Notes: generated from the letters alone by a model not told the origin. Numbered from the stretch's first letter, positions 10,308-19,270 are shown. The stretch: DNA of 64,000 nucleotides from an uncultured archaeon (GCA_964473825.1 CAYYQL010000003.1:42627-106626), one strand, 5' to 3'. Program-made: numbers and translations.

Positions 10308-10895
10308 CTACCTGTTCTTCAAGATTCTTCTGACAACAATAGCAATTACAAGTACTACAGGCACCAGCGTCATCCAGAAGAGTGGATTCAGCAAGATAGA
10401 CTGTATAGGGGAAGGCATCCCGCCACCGGAGAAGCTATAGAAATATACAGATGAGGAGTTCCAGTTATCTAGCGTATCATTGGCGTAGAACTTGAAGTAG
10501 AACACTACCCCCCAGTTTCCGGGCCCCAGGGTGTAGTTCATCACAAAGGTGGAATACAGATTGGGATATTCTTCCCTTGGCGTGTAAGAGAGCGTCTTGT
10601 TGAGCCATTCCGTTTCTTCATCCAACCGATAACTGCCAATGACAGTATCTACATCGTCAGGGTCTGTGACTTCTACTCGTAATGTGAGAGAGATATTCAC
10701 GGGGCCGGATTCAGGGGGATAATCGACAGACAAATTTCCGAATGGTACATCAAATTCGGGTCCATTGGTATCTGCAATCGATTGCTGTGCTTCTCCTATT
10801 ACAGGAAGAGAGATGCTTACCTTTCCCGGAACTAGTAAGAATCCAGCCACGAGAAGAGAGAGCACCATGAAATTGAGAACTTGCTTTCGACTCAA
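10308..10895 (-). CDS. Surface protein with N-terminal signal, Ig-like domain and C-terminal TM anchor
   Basis: Hydrophobic N- and C-termini, VTDPDDVDTV and YANDTLDNW motifs, several NxS/T sequons, basic C-terminal tail. Confidence 0.75.
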   Translation of the reverse strand: MSRKQVLNFMVLSLLVAGFLLVPGKVSISLPVIGEAQQSIADTNGPEFDVPFGNLSVDYPPESGPVNISLTLRVEVTDPDDVDTVIGSYRLDEETEWLNKTLSYTPREEYPNLYSTFVMNYTLGPGNWGVVFYFKFYANDTLDNWNSSSVYFYSFSGGGMPSPIQSILLNPLFWMTLVPVVLVIAIVVRRILKNR

Positions 10896-11135
10896 TACAA
10901 TCCCGCCCAGTCATCATTAGATGAAACCACTTTACTCTTAAATTTTGCTGCACCTAGTGCAATTTGAATAAGTGAACGAGAATTGCATCATCATAGCGTA
11001 GCAATGGTTGATTCACTCTGCCTAGACAGACAATACATAGCCGCACATATTAGTTAAAACACTGCGTGAAGTATATCAGAGCAATCCGACTTTAGATAAA
11101 ACCTTTCTATGGCTGGTACTAAGCCAAGGGCGCTT

Positions 11136-11336
11136 TCACTCCAGCAGGGTTTCTATGGGATATCCATCAATTGTGTCCATTAGATAGTCATCTCCCATCC
11201 CTTCTGGCAATTCATCAAAGAGAGGAATCAAGAACTGTGAGTTAAGCATTACCTCAAAGTCATCGAATCCGTGATGTGCCTGCAGTCTTGCTCAGATTGC
11301 ATCAAAGTCAAGACCGTGAGTTGTACAGAACGCCTT
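11136..11336 (-). pseudogene. DUF2695-like gene remnant with in-frame TGA
   Basis: Hand translation KAFCTTHGLDFDAI*ARLQAHHGFDDFEVMLNSQFLIPLFDELPEGMGDDYLMDTIDGYPIETLLE*; no start codon; TGA at 11292-11294. Confidence 0.4.
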
Positions 11337-11451
11337 GGGAGGTGTGGAGTTCGAGGGGATACCGGTCTTTGTGGGAGATCATATCAATGTGCTCTAGGGT
11401 TCGGGCAGCTGAGCTTATATCGGGAGAGGAGAAAGAGAGGTATGTGGTGCT

Positions 11452-12198
11452 ATGATGAGGTCTCTATCAAGGAAGCAGCGGGGCTTGGTTGTGATTGCCA
11501 TGGTTGTGGTTGCAGGTGGAGGGTTCTTCTGGTATTATGATTCAACCCGTACCACCTTCCATTTCGAGGAGAGATACCCAGAATCCAACAGGCCAATTCT
11601 AGTACCTCTGCGCCGTCTGAGAGATACCAACCTCTCCATCTCCTTTGTGAACGACACCTCGCTGATGTGTCGTGTGGACGTAGAGCTCTACGACTCGCAG
11701 TCCGGGTCAGTGACCTGGTACCGTGGTCCGAACAACAACGTTGCGCTTGAGGCGACCGGCCGCCAGAAACGAGTGGATGTTGTCCTAGGAACCGGCGCGA
11801 GTTACCACCTGTACATCTTGCTCGGCGAGAACCTGAACACCACAATCCGGTTCGGGAACGGTGCTGTTCTGAATGACACATCTCTTGAGGCATACCAGAC
11901 CGGTATCATCAGAATCGCCGTGGACGAGGATGATGGTCTTACCACCCATGGTGGCATGGGCATCAGTGCATGGATTCCCGAGGGAATCAATGGGCCTCTA
12001 CACGTCCTTCTGAACATCGACCTTCCCACCGGCTATCTCGGCAAGCTATGGACAAATGGAGCACCCATTTCTTTCGTGGAACGGGTGGGCTGGGGCTACT
12101 ATGGTGATGGGGTCTATGCCACGGTTGGCATGATGGAAGAACCCTGGATCGGGATTGGATGCGTCTGCACATCCATCATTGCCCGCCTCATCGACTGA
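11452..12198 (+). CDS. Membrane-anchored extracellular hypothetical protein
   Basis: N-terminal TM helix, beta-rich remainder, NxT/S sequons; GAGG upstream. Confidence 0.7.
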   Translation: MMRSLSRKQRGLVVIAMVVVAGGGFFWYYDSTRTTFHFEERYPESNRPILVPLRRLRDTNLSISFVNDTSLMCRVDVELYDSQSGSVTWYRGPNNNVALEATGRQKRVDVVLGTGASYHLYILLGENLNTTIRFGNGAVLNDTSLEAYQTGIIRIAVDEDDGLTTHGGMGISAWIPEGINGPLHVLLNIDLPTGYLGKLWTNGAPISFVERVGWGYYGDGVYATVGMMEEPWIGIGCVCTSIIARLID

Positions 12199-12262
12199 TT
12201 ACCTAACCGACCCTCATCGAGTACATACGGGCATGGATTGCCGACACGACACAAGACAGCAC

Positions 12263-12727
12263 ATGAGGCATGTATCGTTACTCAAGAAGCACGGTTTCAG
12301 CCCGACTGACACACAGCGGGCGGTCTCCCGCATCGCCCACTTGGAAGATGTGACGGAGAGGGGCGACTTGGCGGTCTTTCTCTATCAGGAACAGGTCATC
12401 GCACAGCACTGCGACAGATGGTACTCAGTGAGCACAGACGAGCCCCGCAGGGTCTTTCTCAATCTGAGCCATGACTTGAACCCCAAGAGCAGGGAGGGTC
12501 TTGTCCCGCCCAGACAGGTGATCGACTCCCTCAAGCACTGGTATGACTGGGTCTACATGAAATATGACAGGCTGTTTCCGATTAAGGAGGGTGAATTCGT
12601 CGTAACAGCTGACTTCAGGAACCTGACCGTTGTGCATCTCCCCGGTGACTATGCTAACTTTTTTTTGCGGCTCGGCCCACGGAAACCTATCTGGCAATTG
12701 GACAGACTGCTGACCACAGGATACTGA
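12263..12727 (+). CDS. Hypothetical protein
   Basis: Globular-looking ORF (MRHVSLLKKHGF...); ORF is open from 12155, start uncertain. Confidence 0.6.
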   Translation: MRHVSLLKKHGFSPTDTQRAVSRIAHLEDVTERGDLAVFLYQEQVIAQHCDRWYSVSTDEPRRVFLNLSHDLNPKSREGLVPPRQVIDSLKHWYDWVYMKYDRLFPIKEGEFVVTADFRNLTVVHLPGDYANFFLRLGPRKPIWQLDRLLTTGY

Positions 12728-12878
12728 GATTTGAACGGAGCTCTTCACGCCTACGGTTCCTCAGTGTGTTGCCGCACAGGAGAAGACAGGGAATCTTCCT
12801 TGAGTAGTGGGCGCATACCATTCGAAGAATCAAGGAGGTCTACGGACCTGAGTAGTGGAGATAGATACCAGTTTCATC

Positions 12879-13055
12879 GCCTTTGAGAGAAGATATGCAA
12901 TAGCCAAGAAGATAGTTGAAAAGGCTGGCTTGGAACCAGAGCGTCTGCAATTCACACAGATTAGTGCCAGTGAAGGCCCCATCTGGGCTGAGAAGGTCAA
13001 GGAACTCTCCGAGCTCGTTGAGAAACTCGGACCGAGCCCGCTTAGAAATAGGTAG
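12879..13055 (+). pseudogene. Orphan 3' end of hdrA-mvhD (copy 2 of diverged direct repeat)
   Basis: AFERRYAIAKKIVEKAGLEPERLQFTQISASEGPIWAEKVKELSELVEKLGPSPLRNR*; lacks all MvhD Cys ligands. Confidence 0.85.
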
Positions 13056-13128
13056 AGAAATCGGCCAGCCTTCACTGGCCTTTATGCTCCAAGTATTAGC
13101 AGATCAATGGAAAAAACCAGAGGTGTCG

Positions 13129-13191
13129 TTATTTCTTTGGTTTCTTCTTCTTCTCGTCGGTGGTCTTCTTTCCCTTCTTGTCCTTTGCCAT
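13129..13191 (-). CDS. 20-aa Lys-rich micropeptide, copy 1 (MAKDKKGKKTTDEKKKKPKK)
   Basis: ATG, TAA, SD GAGGTGA 8 nt upstream; conserved in copy 2 with synonymous changes. Confidence 0.75.
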   Translation of the reverse strand: MAKDKKGKKTTDEKKKKPKK

Positions 13192-13634
13192 TATTATTGT
13201 CACCTCTGTGGCAGTCGTGTTGCCCCTAGTAGCGTGCTGCAGTTCCCCAATCCCTTGAAGAGATTGTGGACACAGTCTGCTTGCGAGCAACGTAACAGAA
13301 ACACTGCGAATCGTATACGCTGTCGTCCCTCAATTTACGCACCCAATAATGCTCAAGCAACTCACTATAGACTGCATATTGTTGTATTCTAGGTCTTCAG
13401 CAGAATCCTCTATTGTAGGTTCAGAATCACACTAATCATATCTGATATTGACTCAATCAGAGCAATACTATGCCAGTCAATCTGTCACTAAGAATAGCAG
13501 ACTGGGTGGAGAATGACCATTCTATTCTATCGCTGAACCGCCCTCTATGGATGTTAGATAGAGAGATTGGCCAGTTCATGCCGGCCTCCCTCCTCTATGT
13601 TGTTCTGAGTGATGTGAGAACATCGCATCTGCCG

Positions 13635-13697
13635 TTACTTCTTCGGTCTCTGCTTTTTCTCGTCGGTGGTCTTCTTTGCCTTGTTGTCCTTTGCCAT
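13635..13697 (-). CDS. 20-aa Lys-rich micropeptide, copy 2 (MAKDNKAKKTTDEKKQRPKK)
   Basis: ATG, TAA, SD GAGGTGA at identical spacing; 16/20 aa identical to copy 1. Confidence 0.75.
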   Translation of the reverse strand: MAKDNKAKKTTDEKKQRPKK

Positions 13698-14083
13698 TGT
13701 CAGTGTCACCTCTCTGGCAGTCGTGCTGCCCTGATTCGCCTCCAGATCACTAATTCAGCTGTTTGAAATCCTATGACAGGTCGCGTCAGAGCAATCTTCT
13801 TGAGAAATGCGATTCCTATACGCCATTTCCCCAAGATTACAAGGGTCCATTGAGTCACGTTGACTTTGAGAAGGTACGAAATCTCTGTAGTGTGTCATTC
13901 TAAGAGAATCATCACGAATCAGAACTGGACGAGTTCAATGTTGACAACGGAATGGAGCATCGAGAGAATGCCCGCTCGCGGATTCTGTCACCTATGAGCT
14001 AACTGCATCTGCCTCCGACGCTATTGATATAAGCGGAGCAAGAAACGAGACCTGAGTGTCAGCAGACCCAAGAAGTGATATGC

Positions 14084-14608
14084 ATGACAGAGACATGGGG
14101 TCAGTTCAAGAGTTTCGAAGGCAAGGAGTTCTCTACTCTAGACAAAGAGTTTACCCGGGAGACCGCGAAACTACTGGGCGGGCAAGATTTGACTACCTGT
14201 TTTCAATGCGCGAAATGCAGTGCTGGGTGTCCAGTCAGCGACAAAGTTAACGTTCAGGTCCATGAGCTCATGAGGATGCTCGTATTTGGACTGAAGGAAG
14301 TCCTCGAGACCGATATGGTCTGGCTCTGCACTACCTGTTATACATGCCAAGAGCGTTGTCCTCAGGGAATCGACATAACTGACATCATTTTTGGTCTCAA
14401 GAATATGGCATTCAAGAGGGGCATTGTTCCCCATGGGTATGTTGTATCTCGAAAAGGTCTCTATGACACTGGGAAGCTCTATGAACCAACGGACTGGGAA
14501 CGGGAGGATTTAGGGCTCGAAGACGTTCCTGCACTGAACACTGAGGACACTCAGAAGATCTTCGAAGAAACGGGTCTCATGAAACTGAAGGAGGATGATG
14601 AAGAATGA
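14084..14608 (+). CDS. hdrC: Heterodisulfide reductase subunit C
   Basis: CFQCAKCSAGCP and WLCTTCYTCQERCP; overlaps hdrB start (ATGA). Confidence 0.93.
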   Translation: MTETWGQFKSFEGKEFSTLDKEFTRETAKLLGGQDLTTCFQCAKCSAGCPVSDKVNVQVHELMRMLVFGLKEVLETDMVWLCTTCYTCQERCPQGIDITDIIFGLKNMAFKRGIVPHGYVVSRKGLYDTGKLYEPTDWEREDLGLEDVPALNTEDTQKIFEETGLMKLKEDDEE

Positions 14609-15480
14609 CCCAGAGCTATGAAGTCTTCTTGGGATGTGCAATTCCTAATCGTTTCAATAACTATGAGAGTTCCATGAGGGCCGTTGCTAAAGCCCTTGAC
14701 ATCAAGTTGATTGACTTTGATGGGGCCTCTTGCTGTGGCACTGTGGTCTTGAAGTCTATTGATGAACGAAGCTGGTTGGCTCTCTCAGGGCGCAACATTG
14801 CGCTTGCAGGGAGTCGTGGCCATGACATCGTTACTCCATGCAATGGATGCTTCGGTTCTCTCAGGGATGTAGACCATGTTCTACACAATCACGAAGAACA
14901 GAAACAACAGGTGAATACGGCACTTGAGACACTAGGTCTGAAATACTCGGGCGATGTGAAAATCAGACACTTCGTAGATGTTCTTTACGATCTCAGGGAT
15001 CAGATAAGAGATAGCATTGTGCACCCCCTTGATGGTCTAAAGATAGCATTCCATCCGGGATGCCACCTGATACGGCCATCGCAAGTGGCTGCGTTTGATG
15101 ATCCAGAACTACCACGCAAGGTGGACGAGTTACTGGAGATTACAGGAGCGAGAAGTGTTTCTTGGGGGCTGAAGCTCAGATGTTGTGGTTCTCCCCTGCT
15201 CATTTCTAGTGAAGAGGTGGCCACGAGCATATTAAGAGAGAAGATGCTGTCTGCAAGAGAAGCAGATGCAGACTGTGTTGTTACCAACTGCCCTGCCTGT
15301 CACACGCAGTTTGATGTGCAAGTCCTAGGCATGGAGGATGACAAAGGTGAGTCGCTTGAACTCCCGGCACTCTTCGTTACTCAGATTCTGGGTGCTGCTA
15401 TGGGACTAGACGCAGAGGCTCTTGGATTTGAACTCAACCGTGTCTCTCTAGATCCTGTGGCGGAGAAGCTCGGAATATAG
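14605..15480 (+). CDS. hdrB: Heterodisulfide reductase subunit B
   Basis: FLGC, CCG, PCNGC, HPGCH, CCGSP, CPAC. Confidence 0.93.
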   Translation: MTQSYEVFLGCAIPNRFNNYESSMRAVAKALDIKLIDFDGASCCGTVVLKSIDERSWLALSGRNIALAGSRGHDIVTPCNGCFGSLRDVDHVLHNHEEQKQQVNTALETLGLKYSGDVKIRHFVDVLYDLRDQIRDSIVHPLDGLKIAFHPGCHLIRPSQVAAFDDPELPRKVDELLEITGARSVSWGLKLRCCGSPLLISSEEVATSILREKMLSAREADADCVVTNCPACHTQFDVQVLGMEDDKGESLELPALFVTQILGAAMGLDAEALGFELNRVSLDPVAEKLGI

Positions 15481-15528
15481 CAGCTACTGTACGAGTAGTG
15501 ATGTATCTCGGCAATACGAGTCAGATTG

Positions 15529-16104
15529 CTAGTTTTTGATTTGGTTCTTCCCGTAGAACGTTTCTCCGAGTAGTATCATTGCTCTTCTGACACAGTCTTT
15601 CTTTCCGCTCACTTGCAGGTGGCGTTCGCCATCCAGTGAGATGAGTACATTGCAGTGCTCAGCAATCTCGGAGACTACCTCAACAGGAATCCCCTCTGGC
15701 AGTCTCATTCTGAAGAAACTGACTTCCTTCTCTCTGGGAAGATCACTGATAGGCACAGGAGTTTCCGTTTCAGGAAGGTCAATCTCCTCTCTCAGGCCGC
15801 TTCGTATCTCCTCTTCCCATTTCTTGCGATACTCAACGCCAATCTCGGCTTCCGCCCAAGAGAGCAGTGTTTCACGGAGTCGGAGTATTTTGTCTTCCAT
15901 ATCAACTCTCAGCTTCTCATCTGCGTTGTCAGAGGCACGAAGGTCTTCTTCTAGCGATCGGAGATACTCAAGGAGCATCTTGCTATTTCGGAAGTCTGTG
16001 TATGTCAAATCGGGGATATGCACTCCCTTCTCTCGCAGGTCGCCCAACAAGTCATTAAGAACCATCCATGCGGAATACAGTCCGTCGAGTGTAACCATCT
16101 GCAT
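15529..16104 (-). CDS. DUF2096-like protein, co-transcribed with hdrA
   Basis: WMVLNDLLGDLREKGVHIP N-terminal motif recalled for DUF2096; starts 1 nt after the hdrA stop. Confidence 0.7.
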   Translation of the reverse strand: MQMVTLDGLYSAWMVLNDLLGDLREKGVHIPDLTYTDFRNSKMLLEYLRSLEEDLRASDNADEKLRVDMEDKILRLRETLLSWAEAEIGVEYRKKWEEEIRSGLREEIDLPETETPVPISDLPREKEVSFFRMRLPEGIPVEVVSEIAEHCNVLISLDGERHLQVSGKKDCVRRAMILLGETFYGKNQIKN

Positions 16105-16105
16105 C

Positions 16106-19100
16106 CTACTCCCGGAGCATCTCTTCTATCTGATCCAAAAAGCTGTTCTCCCGCCACCATCGCAGGTCCCTTGCACCAGTTGGACATATCGCACAGCATG
16201 CACCACACCCCTCACATCGCATCTCATCGGTGACGCTCTTCTTAACCCCGGGTGACACCTCAACCATTGATACAGCATCGTATGGGCAAATCTCAGAATA
16301 ATGGCAGAGGTCACAGCCGACACAGAGGTCTTGGTCCACTTCTGCAACCAGTAGCTCGATCTCCACGGTGCCCATATTCAGGGGTGCAGTGGCTTCGCTG
16401 GCCGCTCCCCGTGCTTGATTGATGGAGTCACTGACATTCTTTGCGTAGGTTACACCGAGGAACACTCCTGGAACCGTAGTTTCTACAGGTCTGAATTTCA
16501 TGTGCATCTCTGCCAGGAAACCGTCTTGGCTCCTGTTGATTCCAAGTGCTTTCACAAGCTCGTTCACATCGTGTGGCGCCTCAAGTCCTACAGCAAGAAT
16601 GACCATGTCTGATTTTATCTTGAAGGTTTCCTGAGAGAGGGTATCATAAACGGTGACTATTGCCTCATCCGAATCTTCGGCTTTCTCCACTATCACAGGT
16701 CTCTCCCTGACCCATCGCAGGTAGGTGACCCCCTTCTGCCGATTTTCTCTCCACATCTCTTCCATGCCATTGGCAAAGGGACGGATGTGTTCTTTGTATG
16801 CGGAGAAGATCTTGATGTCTGGAAACATCTCGTTAAGCTCGTTTTGCATGGCTATCACAGCCGAGCAGCAAACACGGGAGCAGTACCGATTGCCCTCTCC
16901 AGGACTCTGTCTTGAACCAACACAATGGATGAAGACCGGGTTCTTTGGTGGTTTCTTCAGCTCGCCATTCTTCATCATTCTTTCAAGGTCAAGTGTGGTT
17001 ATGACATTGTCAAGCTTGCCCCATCCATATTCTCCCTCTTCGGGTTCATATGTGTCCGTTCCGACCGTAATCACCATTGTACCTATATTGTATGGCTTTC
17101 TCTCTCCAGTTTCCACATTCTCAATCATGATCTCGTAGCTTCCATACGCTCCATCGCGATCTACCACTTTGGAGTTAAGAAGTACGGTGATCAGATCCTC
17201 CTCATTCACCCTCTCGATAAGGTCGTCCACTATCTCCTGAGCGGATTGCATGTCGGGGAATATACTATAGAGCTCGTTCAGTCGTCCGCCGAGGCAGTTC
17301 GTCTTCTCCACGAGTATCACCTTGAAACCCTTTCTGGCTATATCCAGAGATGCAGTCATCCCGGAAACTCCTCCCCCGACGACCATGACGGTTCTTACCA
17401 CATCTACTGACTTCACGGGCACCTCTTCATTGTTTATCGCCTTGGCAACACCACTTCGAATCATATCCTGAGCCTTTTCCTGTCGCTCATCAGGTGGTGC
17501 ATTCTTGTTGACCAGTGTGAGCTGCTCGCGGAGGCCGACGGGGCCAACTAAATAGTACCCTGACAGACCTGCCCTTTCAAGCGCTCCTCTAAAGGTCCCC
17601 TCATGTTGGAGGGGTGAACAGGAGCCGACAACTACACGGTTCAAGTTGTGCTCTTTGATGGCCTCGGTGATGAGTTCCTGGCCGGGGTCGCTACACATGA
17701 AGATGTAGTCAGTGCTGTATGCAACATTTGGAAGGTCCTTCGCCCATTCAGCCAGAGCTGGAGAATCAATGACATCTCCAATGATTCCGCCGCAGTGACA
17801 GATGAATACCCCAACACGTGGTTCATCGCCTACTTCAATCGGGGTTATCTCTTCCTCCTGCTTTGGTTCAGGCAAGGGCAGAATCGAATGCGCCGCCATT
17901 GCTGCACCTTTCCCTTCGTTAACAGTATCTGTACCGTCCTTGGGACCATGAATGCATCCAGCCATGAATATGCCCGGCCGGCTCGTTTCCAGTGCTGCAG
18001 AGTTTGCCTGTTTCTCCTTCACCCAACCAGTGGCTTCGTCCAAGTCAATGTTCAGTTTCTTCATCAACTCCACATGGCCATCATTCGGTCTGAAACTACC
18101 GTTGAGAACCACCATTGAAACCCCCTCGAGTTCCTGAATCTCACCGGTGTCCGTATCTTCAATTTTGACAAAGAGGTCGTTTGTGCTTGGATCCTCCGAT
18201 ATCTCGGCCACTCGTCCGCGAATGAAGTTTATCCCCTGATTGTGTTGTGAGTCCCAGAGGAACTCTTCTAGAGCCTTTCCCGCGGTGCGGAGATCCATGT
18301 AGGTGTAGATTATTTCACAGTGCTCCTCGGGATAGTGCATCCTCGTGACCTGTGCAAGTTTGAGGCCAAAAGAACAGCAGACCTTGTTGCAGTGGTCGCT
18401 GTACCCCTGAATATTCTCGCGAACATCACGGCTTCCCACACAGTTGACAAATAGGATTCTCTCGGGCTCTCGTCCATCAGAGGGTCTTACCATATGGGCA
18501 TCTGTGGGTCCAGTTGGATGGGTCTGCCTGTCGTATTCTAAGGATGTCACTACATTAGGAAACACACCATACCCGTATTCACTGTAGTCATAGGGTTTGT
18601 ATTCTTGGAACCCGGATGCGACTATGATGGAACCAACATGGAGGTCATAGAGCTCGTCTTCATCCTCATAGTTGATGCAATCCTGAGGACATACTCCTGC
18701 GCATGTTCCACATCCAATGCAGGCCTCCTTATCGATTGTCGCCACAAGCGGAATCTGCTGAGCGAAATTCATGTAGATGGCCTTTCTCAAAGATTGTCCG
18801 AAGTCATACTCATTCGGCACCTCGACCGGACAAGCTTGGATACAGGTCTGACAACCAGTGCAGGTTTCTTCGTTGACATATCTCGCCCTTTTTCTAATTG
18901 TGACTGTGAAATCACCAGCCCTGCCTCTGACTTCTTCAATTTCGGACAGTGCATGGATCGTGATGTTTGGATGCCGCCCCACGAATGAGGTCAACGGCGT
19001 CATAACACAGGCTGAGCATTCAAGTGCTGGAAAAATCTTGTAAATCGCAACATAGTTACCTCCTATGTTGACGGTTCTCTCAATCAAATGGGCTTGGTGT

Positions 19101-19213
19101 CCTCCGGCGGCCAAGTCAAGAGCCGCACTGATTCCAGCCATTCCTGCACCTATGATGAGCACGTCTGTTGGTTTGCTATCGGAAGTTGACTTCTTTGCTG
19201 GTTTATTGACCAT
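16106..19213 (-). CDS. hdrA: Double-module heterodisulfide reductase subunit A (no MvhD)
   Basis: Two FAD-binding motifs, KIFPALECSAC, inserted ferredoxin, VGVFICHCG, EMHMKFRPVE, C-terminal 2x[4Fe-4S]. Confidence 0.95.
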   Translation of the reverse strand: MVNKPAKKSTSDSKPTDVLIIGAGMAGISAALDLAAGGHQAHLIERTVNIGGNYVAIYKIFPALECSACVMTPLTSFVGRHPNITIHALSEIEEVRGRAGDFTVTIRKRARYVNEETCTGCQTCIQACPVEVPNEYDFGQSLRKAIYMNFAQQIPLVATIDKEACIGCGTCAGVCPQDCINYEDEDELYDLHVGSIIVASGFQEYKPYDYSEYGYGVFPNVVTSLEYDRQTHPTGPTDAHMVRPSDGREPERILFVNCVGSRDVRENIQGYSDHCNKVCCSFGLKLAQVTRMHYPEEHCEIIYTYMDLRTAGKALEEFLWDSQHNQGINFIRGRVAEISEDPSTNDLFVKIEDTDTGEIQELEGVSMVVLNGSFRPNDGHVELMKKLNIDLDEATGWVKEKQANSAALETSRPGIFMAGCIHGPKDGTDTVNEGKGAAMAAHSILPLPEPKQEEEITPIEVGDEPRVGVFICHCGGIIGDVIDSPALAEWAKDLPNVAYSTDYIFMCSDPGQELITEAIKEHNLNRVVVGSCSPLQHEGTFRGALERAGLSGYYLVGPVGLREQLTLVNKNAPPDERQEKAQDMIRSGVAKAINNEEVPVKSVDVVRTVMVVGGGVSGMTASLDIARKGFKVILVEKTNCLGGRLNELYSIFPDMQSAQEIVDDLIERVNEEDLITVLLNSKVVDRDGAYGSYEIMIENVETGERKPYNIGTMVITVGTDTYEPEEGEYGWGKLDNVITTLDLERMMKNGELKKPPKNPVFIHCVGSRQSPGEGNRYCSRVCCSAVIAMQNELNEMFPDIKIFSAYKEHIRPFANGMEEMWRENRQKGVTYLRWVRERPVIVEKAEDSDEAIVTVYDTLSQETFKIKSDMVILAVGLEAPHDVNELVKALGINRSQDGFLAEMHMKFRPVETTVPGVFLGVTYAKNVSDSINQARGAASEATAPLNMGTVEIELLVAEVDQDLCVGCDLCHYSEICPYDAVSMVEVSPGVKKSVTDEMRCEGCGACCAICPTGARDLRWWRENSFLDQIEEMLRE

Positions 19214-19237
19214 GGGGCCTAATCTCCGACTTGGTGC

Positions 19238-19270
19238 TATATCGAGGGGGAGAGCCTAGCAGGCGATATA
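19238..19270. promoter_or_regulatory. Inverted repeat TATATCG-N19-CGATATA overlapping probable TATA box of hdrA
   Basis: Perfect 7-bp arms 25-57 nt upstream of the hdrA start. Confidence 0.4.

Larger units (their letters stand above)
7593..12878. mobile_element. Putative genomic island / inserted accessory segment, no integrase in window
   Basis: Bounded by duplicated hdrA-mvhD 3' ends; contains hypothetical and decayed genes with visibly heterogeneous base composition. Confidence 0.55.
13050..13925. repeat. Diverged tandem duplication, period about 506 bp
   Basis: Shared blocks in both units: TAGAGA..GGCCAG..GGCC, 63-nt ORF, TGTCACCTCT-N-TGGCAGTCGTG-N-TGCCC, TGCGA-N-TC-N-TATACGC. Confidence 0.85.

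Noticed and set aside
12855-13055. Stand-alone mvhD gene
   Set aside because: Only the last 58 aa are homologous and all 2Fe-2S ligands are missing; treated as a repeat/remnant
12916-13766. Plus-strand ORFs with Leu-rich hydrophobic stretches (type I toxin-like)
   Set aside because: They are the antisense shadow of Lys codons; start, stop and SD are conserved between the two copies only on the minus strand
15641-19043. Long antisense ORFs over hdrA (and similarly over selB, hutU, rrp42)
   Set aside because: Shadow frames fully overlapping well-supported genes
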